A DNA stretch of 64,000 bases, taken from contig CAVZDU010000005.1 in NCBI GenBank assembly GCA_963774265.1, forward strand, positions 160,001 to 224,000, given 5' to 3'. Both the position numbers and the translations under genes were made by a program. The stretch is from an uncultured Chloroflexia bacterium (GTDB lineage: Bacteria > Chloroflexota > Anaerolineae > CG2-30-64-16). Of this stretch, positions 56,501 to 64,000 are shown piece by piece; the first letter of the stretch is position 1, and the number at the start of each line of letters is the position of its first letter. The notes beneath the pieces are model-generated. The model was given only the letters and a program-made list of their open reading frames with translations. It was not told where the DNA came from and did no database searches.

Positions 56501-59500
56501 AAACGCCGCTCGGCAAGGTCGCGCCGTATACTTCGCCCACCAACATCGGGTTGCTCCTGCTCTCCACGCTCGCCGCGTACGACCTGGGGTACATCGGCAC
56601 CATTGGTCTTGTGTCCCGGCTGCGTGCGACCTTTGAAAGCCTTGAACGGCTGGAGCGCTTCCGCGGCCATTTTTTGAACTGGTATGACACGCGCAGCTTG
56701 ACCCCTCTGTTGCCGCGTTATGTTTCCACCGTCGACAGCGGCAACCTGGCCGCGTGCCTGTGCATCCTCAGCCAGGCCTGCCAGAGGCTGCAGGATGCGC
56801 CCGTGCTGCGTTGGTCGCGCTGGGAGGGCGTGGCCGACACCTTCGGCCTGCTGGACGATTTCATGAGCGACCTGGAAACAGCTCAGAACATCCCGGCAGC
56901 CAGGGAGCTGCGTGTGCTTGCCCGGGAATTGCGCGACGGCGTGCGAGCGGTCAAGGCTGATCCCGCGGCGTGGCGTCCGGCCCTCGACTACGTAGCCGGA
57001 GAAGGCTGGCAGCGCCTCGAAACGCTGCTCACGCGCCTCGTCGAAGAAAACGCCACCGTCCTGGGCGCGGCCGCGCTGGGCGCGCTGCGGATTGCCGCCG
57101 GCCGCATCAGCAACCAGATCTATCACCTTCCACCGGTCGGTGGAGCTGCTCCTTCCCGGCCTTGCCTGGCTCAACGAAAGCCCGCCACTGTTCCGCGATC
57201 CAGGAATGCCCGTCGAGCTTGGTCGAGCCCTTACTGTGCGTTGGCCGAGACCCTCCGGTTCGTCCCCACCTTTGCAGGGCACCCGGCGGCATGCGCCACT
57301 GCGGAAGCGGCACTCGACCGGCTCGTCACCGCATTGGACCGACTGCCCGCGGGCCGCTACGGCGCGGCCCAATTGACCGAGGCGCGCGCATCATGCGAGA
57401 CCCTGCGCGAAAAGCTCAGGGCTGCCCGGGCGATGGGTGAGGATCTGTTGGCGGGCCTGGTTGACATCGCTGCCCTGGCGGAAACCTATTTCCGTGAGAT
57501 GGACTTTGGCTTCCTGTTCGAGCCGCGACGAGAAGTCTTCCACATTGGGTACAACGTGACCGCCGGCAAACTCGACGCCAACTTCTACGACTTGCTGGCT
57601 TCCGAGGCGCGCATTGCCAGCCTGGTGGCTCTGGCCAAGCACGAGGTGCCACGCAGCCACTGGTTGCATCTCGCCCGTCCGCTGACACAGGTTGACGGCG
57701 CCCGCGTGCTCCTCTCCTGGAGCGCGACCATGTTCGAGTACCTGATGCCGACGCTCTTCATGCGCTCGTATGCAGGCACCCTGCTGCATGAGAGCGCGGC
57801 GGCCGCCGTGGACATTCAGATCGCCTATGGCCAACGCCAAGGCCTGCCCTGGGGCATCTCCGAGTCGGGCTACTACGCGTTCGACGGCAACAGCAACTAC
57901 CAGTACCGCGCCTTCGGCGTGCCGGGCCTGGGCTTCAAGCGCAACCTGGCCGAGGATTCGGTGGTCGCCCCGTATGCCTCGCTGATCGCGTTGCCGTTTC
58001 AACCTGGGGCCGTCGCCGAGAACCTCACGCGCCTTGCCCGGCTGGGTGCGCTCGGCATCTATGGACTTTACGAGGCCGTCGATTTTTCCCCGTCCCGTCT
58101 GCCGCTCGGCCGTAACCATGCTGTCGTGAGCGAATACATGACGCATCACCAGGGTATGATCCTGGTGGCATTGGACAACTACCTCTCTGAGGTCGCCACG
58201 GAGCGGGACGCAGTGATGCTGCAGCGCTTCCACTCAGATCCGCGCCTGCAAAGCGTCGATCTCCTGCTGCAAGAGCGCGTGCCGATGGACGTGCCGCTTG
58301 AATTCCCCCAGCCGGGTGATCTCGCCCCAACCCGGCGCTCGCTGCCGCCGGTCATCTCTACCCCGTGGGAGGCGCCCACCGGCGCACCCACGCCACAGGT
58401 CCACTACCTCTCCAACGGGCGATACAGCATGCTCATTTCGGCCACGGGCGGGGGGTTCAGCCGTTGGGGCGACTTCGACCTGACCCGTTGGCGCGCAGAT
58501 ACCACGCGGGATGACTGGGGGACGTGGCTCTATGTGCAGGACCGGGAGAGTGGCAAGTTGTGGTCCGCAGGCTACCAGCCAACCGGCGTGTCGCCAACCA
58601 CGCACGACGTCCGCTTCTATGCCCACAAAGCGGAGTTCCGGCGCACCGATGACCAGATCGCTCTGACACTGGAAATCGCCGTCGCGGCGGACGATGACGT
58701 GGAGATCCGGCGTGTGACCCTGCACAACCAGGGTGAGAGACCGCGCCGCCTGGCGCTGACCAGTTACGCAGAGGTCGTCATGGCAGACCCGGCGACCGAT
58801 CAACGCCACCCTGCCTTCAACAAGCTGTTCATCGAAAGCGAGTATGTGCCGGACCTCGGACGCGCTGCTCTTCCGCCGGCGCCCGCGCGCCGAGAGCGAC
58901 GCCCCCGTGTTCGTGGCGCATTTCGTATTGTGTGAGGGAGGCAAGTCAGGGTCGACCACCGGTTATGAAAGCGACCGGGCAATCTTCCTCGGACGGGGTG
59001 GCGCGGGCGCCCGCGCACCTGCTCGCTCTCGTGACCGTCCCGGGTGCGGGCATGCGCCGCAGCTGAGCGGCGGGGTGGGAGCTACGCTCGATCCGATCAT
59101 GGCGCTACAACGCGAGGTTGAGTTGCAGGCGGGTGAGACCGAGCAGTTGGCGTTTCTCACGGTGGCCGCCGCTTCACGGGCCGAGGTATTGACACTCGTG
59201 GGGCGTTACCAAACCTGGCCGGCCATCGAGCACTCGATCGGTCAGACCCGCTCGCGTTCCGAATTGGAGCTGCGCCAGTCCGGTCTTTCCACGGTCGAGC
59301 TGGAACGTTTTCAAACACTCTTATCGGCCCTGCTTTACCCCTATCACGGTCTGCGGGCCGAGGCCTCAGATCCTGGCCGCCAACACTCGGGGACAGCCCG
59401 GGCTGTGGGCTTACGGAATTTCGGGTGACTATCCGATCCTCCTTGTGCGCATCGCCGAAGAAGAGGGGCTGCCTGTCGTTCAAGAATTGCTGCAGGCGCA

Positions 59501-62256
59501 TGCCTACTGGCGCAAGCGTGGCTTGAAAATCGATCTGGTGATCCTGAACACGCGCATGGCAGGTTACAACCAGGAACTGCGCGACCAGATCCAGCGCCTG
59601 CTGGTATTGATGCAGGGCGAGATCTGGCTCAACCAGCGCGGCGGCATCTTCATGCTGTACGCGCATCAGTTGAACGAGGCCGATACCGTCCTGCTGCAGG
59701 CGGCCGCCCGCGTCGTCCTCGATGCCGGCGTGACAGACCTGAGCACCGCGATGGCGATCTTGCGTCGCCAGCCCGAGCAGTTGCCGCCATTTGCCCCAAG
59801 TGCCGTTGTGGAGGAAGGTGAGTTGCACTTGCCGCCTGTGGCGCGACCCGCCGGACTCATTTTCGATAACGGCTTGGGTGGTTTCAGTTCGGATGGCCGC
59901 GAGTATGTTATCTATCTGGACGGCGAGCAACAACCGCCCGCGCCCTGGGTGAACGTCATCGCCAATCCGGAGTTCGGCTTCCTGGTGTCAGAGTCCGGCA
60001 GCGGCCCCACTTGGGCGCTGAACAGCGGCGAGAACCGGCTGACTCCCTGGTCCAACGACCCGGTCACCGACCCGTCCGGAGAGGTGCTTTACCTGCGCGA
60101 CGAGGAGACGGCCGAGGTTTGGACGCCCACGCCACAGCCGGCCGGAGCTCGCTCGCCCTACCTGGTGCGGCACGGCGCGGGTTACACGGTCTTTGAACAC
60201 AACAGCCACGGGCTCCGCCAGCGGGTGCGCCTTTTTGTCCCGCCTGATGCACCCGTCAAGGTCTGGCACTTGCGGCTGGAGAACGCCACGCAGCGGCCGC
60301 GCCGCTTCACCGCCACCTTCTATGCCGAGTGGGTGCTGGGCGTCACGCGCGACACCGGGGTCCAACACATCATCCCGGATTTTGACGAAGGCAGCCAGGC
60401 GCTGCTGGCGCGCAACCCATGGCGCCCTGAGTTCGGCGAGCGCGTGGCTTTCGCCGCCCCCAGCCGGCGGCTACACGGCCTCACTACCGATCGCAGCGAA
60501 TTCCTGGGCCGCCTGGGCAGCGTGCAGCGGCCCGCCGCATTGGGCCGCATCGGTCTGCGCGGCGTTGTCCAGGCTGGTCTCGATCCCTGTGCCGCGCTCC
60601 AACTGCACATCGATCTTCCCCCGGGGGAGAGCGACGAGATATGGTTCCTGCTTGGCCAGGGCGGGGACCGCGCGGACGCCATCACCCTGGCGACGCGTTA
60701 CCAGGATGCCGCGCAGGTGGAGCAGGCCTGGCAGGCCGCGAATGATTTCTGGAACGATCTGCTCGGTGCAGTAGTGGTACACACGCCCGATCCCGCGATG
60801 GATTTGCTGCTCAACCGCTGGCTGCTCTACCAGAGCCTGTCTTGCCGGATCTGGGGCCGCTCTGCTTTCTACCAATCGAGCGGCGCGTTCGGCTTCCGCG
60901 ATCAGTTGCAGGACGTGATGGGGTTAGTCCACGCCGCGCCTGGGCTGGCGCGCCAGCACATCCTGACCGCGGCCGGGCGCCAGTTCGAGGCGGGAGACGT
61001 GCTCCATTGGTGGCACCCACCCTCGGGCCGCGGGGTGCGGACGCGCTGTTCCGACGACCTGTTGTGGCTGCCTTTCGTCACCGCACACTATGTCGAGGCT
61101 ACCGGCGACGACTCCATCCTGGCAGAGCGGACGCCCTTCTTGCAGGCGGCCCCATTGGCAGCCGGCGAGGATGACCGCTACGGTGAGTACCCAACCGGAA
61201 GCGGGAACGCATCGCTGTACGATCACTGCCGCCGCGCGCTCGAGCGGGGGACGACAGCCGGGTCTCATGGCCTGCCGCTGATGGGCAGCGGCGATTGGAA
61301 TGACGGCATGAATCGGGTAGGCGCCGGTGGTCGGGGCGAGAGCGTCTGGCTCGGCTGGTTCCTCCATGCCACGCTGTCGCGCTTTGCCGGCTTGTGCGAA
61401 CGCCAAGGCGACGCCGCCCAGGGCGCGGCCTACCGCGAGCAGGCGGCGGCGCTGCATGAGGCGTTGGAGCGCTATGGTTGGGATGGCCAGTGGTACTTGC
61501 GCGCCTTCTACGACGATGGCTCCCCGCTGGGCTCCAGTCAGAACGACGAATGCCAGATAGACGCGATCGCCCAGTCGTGGGCAGTGCTGTCCGGCGCCGG
61601 GGATCCGGAACGCTCGACACAGGCCATGGATGCTGTTCTCCATCGTCTGGTGCGCGCGGAGGACCGTCTTCTCCTGCTTTTCACCCCGCCCTTCGACAAG
61701 ACTCCGCGCGACCCCGGCTATATCAAGGGTTACCTGCCGGGCATCCGCGAGAACGGCGGCCAATACACGCACGCGGCGGTGTGGACCGCCTGGGCCTTTG
61801 CCGAGTTGGGCCGAACGGAAACAGCGGAAAGCCTCTTCCGGCTGCTCAACCCCATCTATCATGCGGACACGCCGGCAGCGGTCGAGCGTTACAAGGTCGA
61901 GCCCTATGTCGTCGCCGCCGACATCTACGGCGTCGCTCCGCACACCGGCCGCGGCGGTTGGACCTGGTACACCGGCTCGGCGGCCTGGATGTACCGCCTG
62001 GGAATCGAAGGCATCCTCGGGCTGCGCCGCGTCGCGGCTGGGCTGCTCATCGAGCCGCGCCTCCCTCCCGATTGGCCAGGTTACGAGGCGTCCTATCGCT
62101 TCGGCGCCACGACCTATCATATTCGGGTCCGCAATCGCGGAGCGTCGGGCGAAGTTGGTGAGGCGACCATGACCGTCGACGGACAAGCGGTGCAGGGCAG
62201 TCTCGTCGAGCTGCACGACGACGGCGCACCCGCACCAGGTGGAGATCATGCTCTGA
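53531..62256 (+). CDS. ndvB: Cyclic beta-1,2-glucan synthase NdvB/Cgs (GT84 + GH94 regions), about 2900 aa; multiple frameshifts
   Basis: EWMLDNFY, GELWALP.MLR, WERKRGKL, VITLDSDT, GKGIYDV, LLSHDLFEG, RWTRGDWQ, TSPTNIG, YDLLASEAR, PWGISES, GFRDQLQD, GDWNDGMN, RENGGQYTH, GGWTWYTGSA. Confidence 0.93.
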
Positions 62257-62346
62257 TGAGCCTCACCCGACAGAAGAGGGTGCGCTCCAATTGTGTGTTC
62301 GTGCCTTGGTGGTAAACGCCCCGATAAGAACTGCGCGCTGCCGGCG

Positions 62347-64000
62347 TTAGGAAGCGTTGCGGGGGGATTCGGGAAGGCCCACTTCGCGGGCCCAGGTGGC
62401 GATTTGCACGCGTGAGTCAAAGCCCAGCTTGATGAGGATGCGGGTGACGTAGGTCTCCACGGTCTTCAGCCCGACGACCATGTGACTGGCGATTTCGCGG
62501 TTTGAGAGCCCGGCCGCGATCAGCGCGGCGGTCTCACGCTCGCGGGAGCTCAGGCCGCCGAATGCCGCCTTGGCAGATCCGCTGGCGGATAATTCGGTGA
62601 CATCGGACGGTGGCGGGGTCACGGCGAGATCGATGACCTGGCTGACGGGCAGACCGGCGCCTTCGGCCCAGCTGGCATCAAAGGCGGTGTCGCCCAGTGT
62701 GTGGCGCAGCCCGGCCAACAGGCGCTCGTAGCTGGGACGGTCGGCCGTGTCGATCGCCGAGCCGACCGGCGCGCGCAAAGCCGCGGCCGCGCCCAACATG
62801 CGAACCGCGGCCTGCTGGGTTTCTCGACGCTGTGGCGCGGGCCGCGCCTGCGCTTCCAGGGTCGCGGCCGCGGCCAGTTTCTCCAGGCACCAGGCCAGGC
62901 CGCCACGGTCACCGATTTCCTGGCGAATCCGCATGCTTTCGCCGAGCAACTCGCGCATCCGGCTGAAATCTCGGCGTAGCACGGCCACCCATCCCAATGA
63001 ACCGAGCGCCCCGGCGCAGCCCCATAGATCGCCCGACTCGCGGCGGATCGCCAGGCTTTCTGCAAGCAGGTTATGGGCCCGGTCCAGCTTGCCCTGGCGA
63101 ACGCACAGCTCACCGAGGCCTGCCAAACCGAGGGCGAGCAGGCCGCCTTCCTTCCGCTCTCGCAAGAAGGGCAGGGGCTCGTTCAGCAACTGCTCGGCGC
63201 GAGCGTAGTCCCCCGCACGCATCGCAGCCCAGCCCAGTAGCAGCAGCGTGTCGGTGATCCCCCGCGTGTCTCCCAACTCCCGGAAGATCTCCAACGCATC
63301 CGAGAACAACCCGGGGGCCGCATCATCATCGCCGACCTCGGTCGCGAGATCGCCCAGGATGTAGAGCGCCAGGGCCACGCCTGGCCTACCGGGCGGGCCG
63401 GCCTCACGGCTGATCTTCAAGCCGTCTTCGGCCAGGATGCGAGTGGCGGGAAAGTCGCTCTGCATAAAAGCGATGCTGGCAGCCCACGAGCTGGCCCAGC
63501 CGCGCGTGAACGTGCTCGCCTGCGCCCCGGGCAGAGCGAGGGCCGTCGCCAGCCGCTCGCGACCTTCGCTCATGTAGCCGCCCCAGCGCCAGAACGGCCC
63601 GAGCGTTGCGGCCAGGCGGAGCCCCGCCGGGTGCTTATCCGGCATCCCGTACGCCCACACCAACGCCGCGCGGAAGTTGTCGTGCTCGAGGTCGAAAAGC
63701 CGCCGCCACTCGATTTGGACCGCGCTGGCCAGGCGCAACGTATTGGCCTCGGCCCAGCCGAGATAATACGCCAGGTGTCGATCCCGGACCACCGCATGCT
63801 CCCCGGCGTCCGCCAGCTTCTGGAGCGCATACTCCCTGATGGTCTCCAGCAGGCGGTAGCGCGACTGACCCTCCCGGTTTTCCACTACCACCAGCGATTT
63901 GTCCACCAGGGCCTGTAATAGGTCAAGCACCGCCTCGGAGCGGACATCACCGCCGGCACAGACGGCCTCCGCCGCCTCAAGCCTCCAGCCTCCAACGAAC
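62347..64000 (-). CDS. LuxR-family ATPase-TPR-HTH regulator, 5' partial
   Basis: LVDKSLV..RYRLLETIREYA, EHDNFRAAL, TPRs, C-terminal LSSRERETAALIAAGLSNREIA..TVETYVTRI. Confidence 0.92.
   Translation of the reverse strand, partial: FVGGWRLEAAEAVCAGGDVRSEAVLDLLQALVDKSLVVVENREGQSRYRLLETIREYALQKLADAGEHAVVRDRHLAYYLGWAEANTLRLASAVQIEWRRLFDLEHDNFRAALVWAYGMPDKHPAGLRLAATLGPFWRWGGYMSEGRERLATALALPGAQASTFTRGWASSWAASIAFMQSDFPATRILAEDGLKISREAGPPGRPGVALALYILGDLATEVGDDDAAPGLFSDALEIFRELGDTRGITDTLLLLGWAAMRAGDYARAEQLLNEPLPFLRERKEGGLLALGLAGLGELCVRQGKLDRAHNLLAESLAIRRESGDLWGCAGALGSLGWVAVLRRDFSRMRELLGESMRIRQEIGDRGGLAWCLEKLAAAATLEAQARPAPQRRETQQAAVRMLGAAAALRAPVGSAIDTADRPSYERLLAGLRHTLGDTAFDASWAEGAGLPVSQVIDLAVTPPPSDVTELSASGSAKAAFGGLSSRERETAALIAAGLSNREIASHMVVGLKTVETYVTRILIKLGFDSRVQIATWAREVGLPESPRNAS

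Overview
High-GC bacterial chromosomal segment. The 16S sequence and gene content (fused glyQS, Ig-tailed PBP1A, BTAD-AAA regulators) point to Chloroflexota, probably Anaerolineae/Caldilineae; this is an inference. Many genes carry isolated 1-bp indels, including essential dnaX and a heavily broken glyQS, which suggests long-read consensus errors rather than real pseudogenes. Housekeeping content: PBP1A, acyl-CoA ligase, YprB-like nuclease, dnaX-ybaB-recR, a full rrn operon (16S-tRNA-Ile-23S-5S) with three tandem promoters, a short GlmU, TlyC/CNNM, cdd, recO, a MazG-like protein, glyQS, an SbcC-like ATPase, and a CarD-USP-cyclic beta-1,2-glucan synthase block. The highlight is a signalling island at about 22.9-38.7 kb. 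Four paralogous polytopic membrane proteins have unrelated N-termini but one conserved C-terminal tail that stops just after what looks like the first third of a GAF domain. The neighbouring PP2C phosphatase/RsbW-like kinase fusion begins with what looks like the remaining part of a GAF domain. Two STAS proteins follow, with no sigma factor in the locus. Four promoters in the island share a 12-bp-periodic repeat ending exactly 8 bp from a -10 box, next to a divergent SARP/BTAD-AAA regulator. Hypothesis: a 'split-GAF' plug-in sensor array feeding one partner-switching module. A protoglobin-double-Rieske fusion lies just beyond it.
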